Made by a program: the position numbers and the translations under genes. Below the pieces are notes generated by a model. The model made no database searches, had not been told where the DNA came from, and saw nothing but the letters and a program-made list of their open reading frames with translations. From the IMG/VR virus record IMGVR_UViG_3300007512_001664, positions 64,001-128,000 of that record: a stretch of DNA of 64,000 nucleotides; one strand, given 5' to 3'. The number at the start of each line of letters is the position of its first letter. Positions within the stretch are counted from its first letter, which is position 1. The stretch is from a virus. Its lineage: Duplodnaviria > Caudoviricetes. Shown here one piece after another: positions 45,772-55,245 of the stretch.

Positions 45772-47630
45772 TAATATTCTACTATAGCTTTACTTTCCAA
45801 CACACTCATAACTTTAATTTTATCTTTTAAGGCTACTTCATTTTGTATGTATGGTATTTGATATGGTTTTAGTTTTAACGTTGTGTCAATAAATTTTATA
45901 TCCTTTCCGTTATATATAGGATTAAAAACACATAATGACAACCCCGGTATCTCTAGACCTGAATCTGTTCTTACTGTTTTAAAACCGACTAAACCTTTAA
46001 TGGCTTCAATTTCATTATTTAAATCTCTTACATTTATTGTCTCTCCTAATTTTACTTTTTTAATATATGACGCTATTATATTAAATACACTTGATTTTAA
46101 TTGGGCTTCATTAATTAATGTTCGAGAATCTCTATGTAAATGTATCTCAGTAGTGTTTCTAAATGCTGTACTAGAATTTTCTCCTGCAGATTTAAGTCCT
46201 ATATCAACATTTAAATAAACTGGGTCAAGAAAAGTAACCTCACTATTTAATAGTTTGTACTTTTTAATCTCTATTTGTATTTTTTCTTTCAATGCAGTTG
46301 GTAAGTAGTTAGACCGAGTGACTACGGATTTTTCTTTACGTAGCTTAGGGACAATAATTAAGTATATATTATTCGAATCAGCACTATCTGCATAAAAATA
46401 TTGATTCATTAATGCATTTGTATCTTTAGTGTAGTCTGTTAAACCTAATTCATCGTTTATGTATTTTAAATAATTGTTTGTATAATCACTATTATTAAAC
46501 ACTGCACAATCATATATAAAGCTTTTATAATTACGTTGTATAAAACTCTTATAATCAGCTTTGGTTGTTAATCTATATTCCGAACTAAAGAATCTAGGAG
46601 CGTTTTGTTTGATTTCTGATACAGATTCTGGTTCACCGAATTCCGTACTATCTTCAGTATTAGTTAAAGTAATATTAGGTGAAGCGGATATACTTACATA
46701 ATTAAGTGATGTATCTTTGACATCAGCAAATATTTCATCGAATTGTGTAGTATTGTAGATATTTATATTACTAGCGTTCAATGTATTTTTTGTTACTTTG
46801 CCTCGAGTACCGGATGATTTTATATAATATATTGCTACAGAATCACCGTCGTTTAATTTCTTACCGTTAATATTATTTCCAAATCTGAGTTCATATTTTT
46901 TATTTTCATTATATGTAACTTCAAAATGTCTATCATTTGGATTTGATAAAAATAAACTCGGTGTTCTGCTCCATTCATACCATTTACTTTGCTCATTTGT
47001 CTCCTTAACATAAACAAAAATATTAAAATGATCTATTAATACGTCTCCACCAGGATTTAAAAATATTGTTTCGTAATTTTCACCCAGTGGAGATATTACT
47101 GGATATTCTTCTACAGTACCTTCATACATTAATGTATTACCAACAGGGTCGATCGTTTCGACAGTAGTTGTTGTTTTTTCAAACGTTATATCTTCTATAG
47201 TAGTAAATGTTTGACCGCTACCGGTACTAAAGGTAAATTTCGGTATTGTATAATAACCTTTACTTAGTGCTGCTTTTCCTGTTACATTAATTGGTAATAT
47301 ACACGTTTGTGGTCCTGCGGGCTTGTAGCCTATTAACTTTACAATTCGATTTACATTTTCATATAACTCGGCATCAGCAAAATTACTCTCCGCGCTTGTT
47401 TGGTTTAAGTAAAATAATAATGTATGGTATGTGTATGCGAGTATGTCTATAAGCGCAGAAATATTACTACCTTCGAAATTCTGATCTGTAAAATTAATTG
47501 TCGAATCGCTGTTAAGACGATTAACAATTAAATCACGCATAGTTTGTGCGTCAAAACCAGCGTATGCGTTTGTAGGTAAATCGAACTCTGTTATATTAGA
47601 TCGTTTTGTATTTGTTGTATAATGACTCAT
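45771..47630 (-). CDS. gp6: baseplate wedge subunit, T4 gp6-like
   Basis: FTDQNFEGSNISALIDILAY, YELRFGNNINGKKL, ESVSEIKQNAP, RLTTKADY. Confidence 0.9.
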   Translation of the reverse strand: MSHYTTNTKRSNITEFDLPTNAYAGFDAQTMRDLIVNRLNSDSTINFTDQNFEGSNISALIDILAYTYHTLLFYLNQTSAESNFADAELYENVNRIVKLIGYKPAGPQTCILPINVTGKAALSKGYYTIPKFTFSTGSGQTFTTIEDITFEKTTTTVETIDPVGNTLMYEGTVEEYPVISPLGENYETIFLNPGGDVLIDHFNIFVYVKETNEQSKWYEWSRTPSLFLSNPNDRHFEVTYNENKKYELRFGNNINGKKLNDGDSVAIYYIKSSGTRGKVTKNTLNASNINIYNTTQFDEIFADVKDTSLNYVSISASPNITLTNTEDSTEFGEPESVSEIKQNAPRFFSSEYRLTTKADYKSFIQRNYKSFIYDCAVFNNSDYTNNYLKYINDELGLTDYTKDTNALMNQYFYADSADSNNIYLIIVPKLRKEKSVVTRSNYLPTALKEKIQIEIKKYKLLNSEVTFLDPVYLNVDIGLKSAGENSSTAFRNTTEIHLHRDSRTLINEAQLKSSVFNIIASYIKKVKLGETINVRDLNNEIEAIKGLVGFKTVRTDSGLEIPGLSLCVFNPIYNGKDIKFIDTTLKLKPYQIPYIQNEVALKDKIKVMSVLESKAIVEY

Positions 47631-47633
47631 GAG

Positions 47634-48116
47634 TTAAATGTATTTAAAAGTTCCTTCTGTTAATATTCCAGTTGATGTTGCTGATTTGTTACCTAACGGA
47701 GGAATAATAATGGACATGGTTATTTCATATTCATTATCATCTGGCCTAGCAACAACATTAACTGCTTCTACTGTTATACGAGGTTCATATAAAGGTAATT
47801 CTTCATATATTGTTTTACCAATAACATCTCCATTTTCTTTAGAAACATTATCAAATAAAAATACTTCTAAATCTAAGCCAAATGTAGGGTTTAAAATCTT
47901 TTGCCCTTTCTTTGTATTAAAGATGTTTTTAATAGAATTAAAAATAGCATTTTCATCATAGCTTAATCTAAAATCTATAGCATTTTTACTGATACCTACT
48001 GGAGTAGATGGTATATGACTATTAAGATCTAGATCTAATCTTAAATCTGCGTAAGAGAATTTACGATATGCATCTGCGTTCTCTCTATCTTTAAGTATGT
48101 CGAGCTTAATCGCCAT
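47634..48116 (-). CDS. gp25: baseplate wedge subunit, gp25-like
   Basis: SIKNIFNTKKGQKILNPTFG ... YEPRITV. Confidence 0.88.
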   Translation of the reverse strand: MAIKLDILKDRENADAYRKFSYADLRLDLDLNSHIPSTPVGISKNAIDFRLSYDENAIFNSIKNIFNTKKGQKILNPTFGLDLEVFLFDNVSKENGDVIGKTIYEELPLYEPRITVEAVNVVARPDDNEYEITMSIIIPPLGNKSATSTGILTEGTFKYI

Positions 48117-48123
48117 GTATAAT

Positions 48124-48156
48124 TATTTAATTTATAAGTGCTTAAAACAATAAATA
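48124..48156. promoter_or_regulatory. divergent pair of late promoters
   Basis: TAAATA on minus (48124-48129) before the gp25-like gene and on plus (48151-48156) before 48163. Confidence 0.65.
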
Positions 48157-48162
48157 ATTGAA

Positions 48163-48672
48163 ATGAGTAAGTTCGATACATTATTTGAAGAACAAATTGG
48201 TCAGTTTACTAGACCGGGACCTGTTGCTGGAGATTATGTTAAAATTAAAAGTACTTGCAAGTCATCTGATTGGTATAAAGGTCTAGGTGAAGCTAGGCAA
48301 AATTATGTAAATGAAATTTTAACATTAGTTGAGCAGGGCAAATATCTTATGCTTTCTACCATAAAAAAGAATTTATATGATACAAGAACCCCTAATCAAT
48401 CTGAAGCTACTGATTCACAAAATTGGGATAGTGCAGATATCGTTGTTGAAGTTAACCCAGGATTCTTTTCACATAATTTAACAATTCCTGTAGAGTTGTT
48501 AGAATTTGATATGTCATGGGAGGAAGCACGAGCAACTCGACCAGTTAAAGGAGAGCAAGGTGAAGTACAGCTGAAACCTGCAGAAGCAGAAGATAAAACA
48601 ATCGACGTAGGTCAGCAAACTAAAGTACCTGATGGTAATTATAACTTAGGTACGGCGAATTATTTACCTTAA
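48163..48672 (+). CDS. late hypothetical protein
   Basis: MSKFDTLFEE leader-like N-terminus; late promoter. Confidence 0.6.
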   Translation: MSKFDTLFEEQIGQFTRPGPVAGDYVKIKSTCKSSDWYKGLGEARQNYVNEILTLVEQGKYLMLSTIKKNLYDTRTPNQSEATDSQNWDSADIVVEVNPGFFSHNLTIPVELLEFDMSWEEARATRPVKGEQGEVQLKPAEAEDKTIDVGQQTKVPDGNYNLGTANYLP

Positions 48673-49577
48673 ACTCGTAAATCAAGTATACAAGAATAGA
48701 AGTTGATCTCCTGATCAATACATTGACTATTCTGGTAAAAATATTTAGAGACTGTAATTAAACAGTCTCTTTTTTTATCTATATCTATTTCTGCAGTATA
48801 CATATAATCAAATAACCGTTTAAATAGTTCGTCATAGTCATTATTAAATAATGCTTCGTTTTCAATTATATATTTGCGTATTAATACATATTTCTTTTCC
48901 TTCAAAAGATCCTTTAATCCATTAAAGAAATCTGTAACATTAAATACACTATCATCTTTACCACCTGATAAGTAATATTTTTGTAATGTATTAATACCTT
49001 TCCGGAAATCTGGATAACAACTATTAACAATAGAAGTGAATTGTTCTTTATTAATTTTTACCTCTTCAGCTTTAACGATAGATATTAATTTAGTTATATA
49101 ATCGTTTTTATTATAATTGATATCAAATACCTGACATCTACTTTGAAGAGCAGGTATGATTTTATGTTTATAATTTGCTGTTAAAATGAATCTTGTTAAG
49201 TCGTGATATTCTTCTATCGAATTACGTAGCGCTTTTTGCGCATCAATAGATAACCCGTCACACTCATCAAGTATTATAATCTTAATATTCCCAAAGAGAC
49301 TTTGGGTCTGCGCGAAGTTAAGAACTTTTGTACGTATAGTATCTATACCGTTTTCATCAGAGGCATTAATATAAAGATATTGACATTTAAGAACATCATT
49401 AACGATAATCTTAGCTAGAGAGGTCTTACCAATACCTGGCTTGCCTACAAATAGTACATTAGGTATATTTTTTTCCGACTGTACTGTATTAAAATAAGAC
49501 CTAGTATTTTTATCTAGGACTATTTCATCTAATGTACTCGGTCGATATTTTTCACACCAGATGTCAGAAATTGTCAT
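48669..49577 (-). CDS. gp44: sliding-clamp loader AAA+ subunit (T4 gp44/RFC-like)
   Basis: WCEKYRPSTLDE, GKPGIGKT (Walker A), INASDENGID, ILDECD, ALQSRC, YPDFRK. Confidence 0.95.
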   Translation of the reverse strand: MTISDIWCEKYRPSTLDEIVLDKNTRSYFNTVQSEKNIPNVLFVGKPGIGKTSLAKIIVNDVLKCQYLYINASDENGIDTIRTKVLNFAQTQSLFGNIKIIILDECDGLSIDAQKALRNSIEEYHDLTRFILTANYKHKIIPALQSRCQVFDINYNKNDYITKLISIVKAEEVKINKEQFTSIVNSCYPDFRKGINTLQKYYLSGGKDDSVFNVTDFFNGLKDLLKEKKYVLIRKYIIENEALFNNDYDELFKRLFDYMYTAEIDIDKKRDCLITVSKYFYQNSQCIDQEINFYSCILDLRV

Positions 49578-49579
49578 TT

Positions 49580-50335
49580 TTAATTATTAAACATGTATAT
49601 TGGATTAGGGGCGCTCAAATAATCATTATTATTTTCAGTTTGAAGTATTTTACATGATTTAAATCCGATTTCATCAATAAGATATTGTACAAAATTACTA
49701 TCTTGTTCTTCATAATTTTTAAAAGAAGCTCTTAATCTTATTTGAAAAAATGCAGTTTTACAATTGTCTTGAATATTTTTGAGCAGCTTAATTCCTCGCT
49801 CATTAAAAACTAGAGACTTTTTACCAGTATCACGCATCCATTTACTATAATGTTCTTTGTTTTTTTTCCATTCATCCAAAAAATGGTGCATTACATTAAA
49901 ACAAATACAATAATCATATGTTGTGTTTTTTTTCTTTACATTAAATATATCTTTGTTAATTTTTATTTTTTCGTGTCCTTGGAAAAACCGGTTTGCATCG
50001 GCGGCGATAAATTCAATATGATTTTTATCTAAATTATGATATTCGCGTAAAAAGTTATTTAGTTCAATATAATTTTTACTCTTATCAACACCTGTAACAG
50101 ATATCCCTTTACTACCTAATTCAAATGTATTCCAACCAACGTTACAGCCTATATCGATTAGTGTTTTATTTTCATTTAATTTAATTTCCGGGAGTATAAG
50201 GTTTAATCTGTTTTTAAAAGCTTTTATTTTTTTACGACCTGCACTAGACGCTGAAGGGAATCCCCACCACGGCTGATATCGTCCAGGAAATCGAGTTAAT
50301 AAAAAATATGTATTATCTTTGTCACTCATTGTCAT
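49580..50335 (-). CDS. class I SAM-dependent methyltransferase
   Basis: LIDIGCNVGW, TGVDKS, YDYCICFNVMHH. Confidence 0.8.
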   Translation of the reverse strand: MTMSDKDNTYFLLTRFPGRYQPWWGFPSASSAGRKKIKAFKNRLNLILPEIKLNENKTLIDIGCNVGWNTFELGSKGISVTGVDKSKNYIELNNFLREYHNLDKNHIEFIAADANRFFQGHEKIKINKDIFNVKKKNTTYDYCICFNVMHHFLDEWKKNKEHYSKWMRDTGKKSLVFNERGIKLLKNIQDNCKTAFFQIRLRASFKNYEEQDSNFVQYLIDEIGFKSCKILQTENNNDYLSAPNPIYMFNN

Positions 50336-50817
50336 CCTGTAGATCCAAATCCAGCACTTCCACGTTCAGTATCATCAACTTTATTAGTTTCTGTTACTTT
50401 TGCTGTAAAATGAGTATATAATACTATTTGTGCGATTTTACTTCCTTTAGGAAGTGTTACTTCAGTATCACTAAAATTATATAATTTTACTCCTAGATCA
50501 CCTCTATAACCATTATCAATAATACCTAAATGAGGTTGAATGTTATGCTTAAACCCTAAACCACTTCTAGGTTCTATTCTAAACCAAAGACCAGGTGTTA
50601 AGTACGCGAGTGTTAATCCTACCGGAACAACAACTGATCCTCTTCCAGGAACAATAACCTCTTCAACACTATATAGATCATACCCGGTATCACTGTTATG
50701 TGCTTGTTCTGGTAGCTTTGCATCTGGATGAGTTCTTACAAAACTCATTTTAAAATCTCCTGGAAAACGACCTCCAGTGGCTTTTAATTGTTCGTTAATG
50801 CTGCCTTTTAATTTCAT
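50332..50817 (-). CDS. dut: trimeric dUTPase
   Basis: TGYDLYS, IEPRSGLG, GIIDNGYRG, KIAQ, RGSAGFGSTG. Confidence 0.96.
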   Translation of the reverse strand: MKLKGSINEQLKATGGRFPGDFKMSFVRTHPDAKLPEQAHNSDTGYDLYSVEEVIVPGRGSVVVPVGLTLAYLTPGLWFRIEPRSGLGFKHNIQPHLGIIDNGYRGDLGVKLYNFSDTEVTLPKGSKIAQIVLYTHFTAKVTETNKVDDTERGSAGFGSTG

Positions 50818-50863
50818 ACGACAAATATAGTGTATATATTTCGTTTTTCAAGTAAATAATTTT

Positions 50864-51325
50864 ATGGATGACATTGATCCAGCGGATTTAATATCTCAAT
50901 TAAAAACTTTACCGAAAGATAATAAGAAAATACTTCAGCATGCTGAAGACAATATTGATTTGTCTAAAGAAGATGTTGAGGAATTTATAATTAAAAAATC
51001 ATCAAAATTAATTCAAGATTCATTAGAGTTAATAGATAATATGAAAGAAGTAGTTCATCATATGCCTGAAGCAGAAAATGTCTCTTCTCTTGCTGAGCTT
51101 ATTAAAGCATCTACTGGAGCTATAGAAACATTAAATAAATTAGTTGTTCAAGATAAAAAATCTAATACAACAATAAAGGCGAAGCAACTAGATATTGATT
51201 CTAAAAAGCAACTTCTAGCAGCTGAGAAACAAAGTGAATTAATGTTAAGTAGGGAAGAAGTTTTAGATCGTTTATTAAAAAAGGCAGATGTTATTGATAT
51301 TGATCAGGTAGAACCTAAGACTTAA
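50864..51325 (+). CDS. probable terminase small subunit
   Basis: Helical SLAELIKASTGAIETLNKL ... LMLSREEVLDRLL resembles small terminases of marine T4-like phages; late promoter. Confidence 0.45.
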   Translation: MDDIDPADLISQLKTLPKDNKKILQHAEDNIDLSKEDVEEFIIKKSSKLIQDSLELIDNMKEVVHHMPEAENVSSLAELIKASTGAIETLNKLVVQDKKSNTTIKAKQLDIDSKKQLLAAEKQSELMLSREEVLDRLLKKADVIDIDQVEPKT

Positions 51326-52181
51326 TATCATTCATAGTAAACCCTCGCCACGAGTCTTGAATTGCATTCATTAAATCATCTACTTCTTGCTCAGTGTTTT
51401 CAACTCTAAGAGTATGTACGACGGGAACAGCTTCTTGTTTATTAGCAATTTTGTTGCATGTTAACCAATATAACACTTTATATGTCCCACTTAAAATTCT
51501 TCCTATCTCTATCATAATATCACTATGTATTTCTCCTAAACGTTGATAGTGTATATAATCAGTAACGAGATTAGTCCCATGAGGAAGATTTGGTTGACCT
51601 TGTTCTCCGTAAATAACTTGTTGCATATTTCGTCCAAAAATAGCTTCCGCTCGTTTACTTAAACCTAATATATTTTTACGTGTATCAAAGTCTAACTTAT
51701 CATCTATTATACTATTATAAGGAAATGGAGTAACACTCGGGTCGTTTGGGTCACGTGCGGGTCCATCTGGTGTTGGATCGAATTCATCTGCATAGTGCAT
51801 ATTTCTACGTTGCGGTGTTAAATATTGAGTGAATAATAAACCGACGCTTTCTGATATAGTTTGAAGTATTGTATCTTCTATATTAGGTAGTCTTTGCTCA
51901 ACTAAATCTCTTACTAAAGGATGACTTTTACGGTACTTATCTAACCACCATGCAATAAATTCTCCGCTATTATCTAGTTCTGATATATCAACCGGGTTCG
52001 CATTTGCTAAATTTACCCAGAAGTCGGCTTCTTCTGTTATTGGGTCATTTGTATATTTTATATTATCATAATCTTTAGCTAAAGAATTAAAATCTATATA
52101 TTGTGGATCTAGTGTATTTGGATTTAAAAGATTACTATCCACTATATCTGGTATGCCTGTTTTTAATGGTACTGTACTCAT
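51315..52181 (-). CDS. hypothetical tail-module protein
   Basis: Last gene of the minus-strand tail operon. Confidence 0.5.
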   Translation of the reverse strand: MSTVPLKTGIPDIVDSNLLNPNTLDPQYIDFNSLAKDYDNIKYTNDPITEEADFWVNLANANPVDISELDNSGEFIAWWLDKYRKSHPLVRDLVEQRLPNIEDTILQTISESVGLLFTQYLTPQRRNMHYADEFDPTPDGPARDPNDPSVTPFPYNSIIDDKLDFDTRKNILGLSKRAEAIFGRNMQQVIYGEQGQPNLPHGTNLVTDYIHYQRLGEIHSDIMIEIGRILSGTYKVLYWLTCNKIANKQEAVPVVHTLRVENTEQEVDDLMNAIQDSWRGFTMNDIKS

Positions 52182-53563
52182 ATTTTTTCTTTATCTAATT
52201 TTCCACAAACAATTTTTGATTTAAACGTTCCCGGGCGAAGGACAGTTGTGTTTTGTAGTATAAACCATGATCCTGAAATATCTCTCATTTCTTGGTTAAG
52301 TGGAATCCCGGTTAGTTCAACGTTTATAAAATTACTACCTTTTAAATATAAATTACCATTTATTGGTATTGTTAATTTTTTAGACGTATTTATGAATTTT
52401 TGTTGCAGTGCTAATCGACCTGAATAATTATATTCATTTTTAATATTTTCAAAATTAGATAATACTGCTTTATTGGGTTTATTTAAATGAGATTCATCAA
52501 AGGCAATTGTTCTAGACGTATAATTATTAATACTTTCTTTTAATTTACCTACAGTACCTTCCTGGTTGAATAAGTTAAATTGTTTATTAGAAATATTATA
52601 TGAAGATACAGAATGATCTATTATCCAATCAGAACCAAGCCTAGAAGCTTGCGGTACAATGTTTATTGTAGATATATGAGCGGGTATAGGTTGATGGTTA
52701 TTCCAGATTGATCTGTTTGGTGGTATTCTATTAGTATATGGTTCTCTATTATCTTCTGTTTCTATTCGTATTAAACCAGTGTAATTTTTTGTTGACGCTT
52801 GTTTTATAAGCTTATCTAAAGAGTTAAGTTGATATAACCCTCTGTTTTTTGTTAGTATGCCCATATCATGAGTTTTAGATTCATATTTAGACATTAAATA
52901 GTTTAGACCTATAATTGCAGGTTCTTGATTTTTTAATGTGTATTCTACTTTTGAAGAACTTTCATCCCAATTCTTTAGATCAATAATTGACTGCGGTTTA
53001 GACTCTTTTTGGTATAGTGAGACTAATAAGTGTTTAATTGCATCACTAACTAAAATTTGTTTATCGTTTGTATTTTTTTGAGCAGCGGCTTCTACATAAT
53101 TATTTGTCGACCATGGTAATTTAGTATACATTAATGGTCCATAGTCTATATTTACAAAATAATAATTTAATACTTTTTTCTCGTCGTTAAGACCTAGTTC
53201 TACGTTTTGTACTATATATTGTTCAGCTAATATTGTAACTTTTTGATTTGTGGTAGGGTTATAAATTTGTTCAATAGTAATGTTAATAATTTCTGCTCCA
53301 CTACTAACCATATTGTAATCAAATGTTTTAAATGCTGCTATTGATTGAAATGTACTCTTTTCATTGGTGTTGTCTACTTGTAGTCTACCTCGCATAAACG
53401 GAGTAAGGTATGATGATTCAAATTGTAATTTCTTAAAATCCCTGCTAATAGTTTTAACTTGACCTTTATGATTTAAAAATTTAATTGTAACTAGATATTC
53501 AGTACCGTTAGCAGTAACTTTAAGCGGTTCATTAACTGATGGGTCTGGGACATTACTGGGCAT
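52178..53563 (-). CDS. baseplate hub-like protein (gp27-like, by position)
   Basis: Follows the gp53-like gene. C-terminal LTIPINGNLYLKGSNFINV ... SGSWFILQNTTV is typical of hub/late-control D folds. Confidence 0.6.
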   Translation of the reverse strand: MPSNVPDPSVNEPLKVTANGTEYLVTIKFLNHKGQVKTISRDFKKLQFESSYLTPFMRGRLQVDNTNEKSTFQSIAAFKTFDYNMVSSGAEIINITIEQIYNPTTNQKVTILAEQYIVQNVELGLNDEKKVLNYYFVNIDYGPLMYTKLPWSTNNYVEAAAQKNTNDKQILVSDAIKHLLVSLYQKESKPQSIIDLKNWDESSSKVEYTLKNQEPAIIGLNYLMSKYESKTHDMGILTKNRGLYQLNSLDKLIKQASTKNYTGLIRIETEDNREPYTNRIPPNRSIWNNHQPIPAHISTINIVPQASRLGSDWIIDHSVSSYNISNKQFNLFNQEGTVGKLKESINNYTSRTIAFDESHLNKPNKAVLSNFENIKNEYNYSGRLALQQKFINTSKKLTIPINGNLYLKGSNFINVELTGIPLNQEMRDISGSWFILQNTTVLRPGTFKSKIVCGKLDKEKI

Positions 53564-53569
53564 TATACT

Positions 53570-53938
53570 TTATATTAATTGTTTTTTTATTTCTGCTAGG
53601 ATGGTGTTTATATATGATGGTTTTATAAGTTTATAACCCTTACCAATTTCAGGATTAATAGTCGGGTTTTGTATCTTATTTACACCACATATAATCCACC
53701 ATAAATTTTGATCGCCATATACTTCATATGCTAATGTCGTCCATGGAATACTAGCAGTGGTATATTGTTCAATATATACTTCTGATCCTAGTTCATCTGG
53801 AAAGTTAATTTTTTTAATAATATTATAAAAAAAATAACCATCGCATTTATTCATATTAAATATATTTTCATACCTAGTATCACTAATTGGTGATAGAGTA
53901 TCAATATTATTCCTCTTTGTTTGTAAGTCAGTTATCAT
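53570..53938 (-). CDS. gp53: baseplate wedge protein gp53-like (LysM-like)
   Basis: WTTLAYEVYGDQNLWWIICGVNKIQNP. Confidence 0.85.
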   Translation of the reverse strand: MITDLQTKRNNIDTLSPISDTRYENIFNMNKCDGYFFYNIIKKINFPDELGSEVYIEQYTTASIPWTTLAYEVYGDQNLWWIICGVNKIQNPTINPEIGKGYKLIKPSYINTILAEIKKQLI

Positions 53939-55245
53939 TCGTCTGGTGTATTATCGCTGCCGCCGCGGCGGGTTTGTTGGTGTTTTTCAAGCGGTGATTG
54001 TTTATAAGAACCGTTCAGTTGTCCCTGAACTTTACTCATCTCCTCTGCAGTCGGTTCTCTAAATTCTTCAGTAGCATTTACAGCATTATTAAGACTATCA
54101 AAAAACAAGTTCTTCGTTTCTGGTGTAAGGCTAGTTAAGGTTAATTGTACCTCGTATCCTTCCGGAATAATAGATTCTGTTTGTTCACCTCCAATGTTTG
54201 CATGAAAGGGTCGTCTTACTCCGCAAAAATTTACATTAATCTTACTTAAATAACTCCATCGATAACTAAAAACACCCGGCAAGAAGGCTTGATATATAAC
54301 TGGTGGTGTTATTGCTGTTCTATTAATCCTGTTAGGTAAATTTTGATAAAGTAACAAATATATAAAAGTAAGATTATCGAGCGCGGTTGATTTACCGTCA
54401 TATACTGTGTTGTCTAAGTAAAAGTTTATGTTATAACTTGGCCCGGATTGAGGGTAATCGAATGTTTTAGCAAAATCAACACCTACAGCTGGTGAGAGTA
54501 AATTTGTAAGACCTGCCATCATATTAACACCTTTCATGAGCAAACCACTTGTATTTTCACCGCCCCATGAACTGCTTATTTCCTTATACGAGTCTTCTAA
54601 ATAAGGTATCTTATATTTAAAACCAGTGTAATGTATACCATATATTCTTTCATATTGTCTTAAATATGCTGGTCCAGATATAGGATCATTTCCTAGTGCA
54701 TATTGTCGTAGTGCTTCAAAGTCACTTGATATTGCGTTTGCTCCAGCTACCGCAGAGCTAAAGAAGTGATCACCCAGCAGATTGAAGTTACTTGCCAATA
54801 GATTTGCCCACCCTGATGGAGCGTTGGCGTCGACGCCGGCGTCTGACAACCCTTGCCCAATTGCACCCTGATCTGCTCCTGAAAATAATCTGTCACCTAT
54901 ATTAAGTAGTCCTGTTTTTTCTCTATTTACTAATTGATCTATAAAAAGAGCTATATTATTAAAAAACGCTGGATTTATTACTTCCATTTCCCTTAAGGTA
55001 ATAGTTGGTGTGTTATTTACAGTAACAGAATTTAATGACGATTTTGTCCACCGAAAACTCTTTACAATATTAAACACACCACCGTTAGTAGGTACCGCCA
55101 CCTTAGCCATATTTTTAGAATACCTTTGACTCTTAGCTACAGTTTGTATTGATTTAAGAAGCGTACTACCAGTAGCATTTATTGCTGGAGTAGTTCTTGG
55201 TTCAACTTCTTGAAATTTAAAATATTTTGATGTTGTTTTTATCAT
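53935..55245 (-). CDS. baseplate tail-tube cap/initiator-like protein
   Basis: LLYQNLPNRINRTAITPPVIYQAFLPG ... SKINVNF ... IPEGYEVQLTL tube-fold motifs; position. Confidence 0.55.
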   Translation of the reverse strand: MIKTTSKYFKFQEVEPRTTPAINATGSTLLKSIQTVAKSQRYSKNMAKVAVPTNGGVFNIVKSFRWTKSSLNSVTVNNTPTITLREMEVINPAFFNNIALFIDQLVNREKTGLLNIGDRLFSGADQGAIGQGLSDAGVDANAPSGWANLLASNFNLLGDHFFSSAVAGANAISSDFEALRQYALGNDPISGPAYLRQYERIYGIHYTGFKYKIPYLEDSYKEISSSWGGENTSGLLMKGVNMMAGLTNLLSPAVGVDFAKTFDYPQSGPSYNINFYLDNTVYDGKSTALDNLTFIYLLLYQNLPNRINRTAITPPVIYQAFLPGVFSYRWSYLSKINVNFCGVRRPFHANIGGEQTESIIPEGYEVQLTLTSLTPETKNLFFDSLNNAVNATEEFREPTAEEMSKVQGQLNGSYKQSPLEKHQQTRRGGSDNTPDE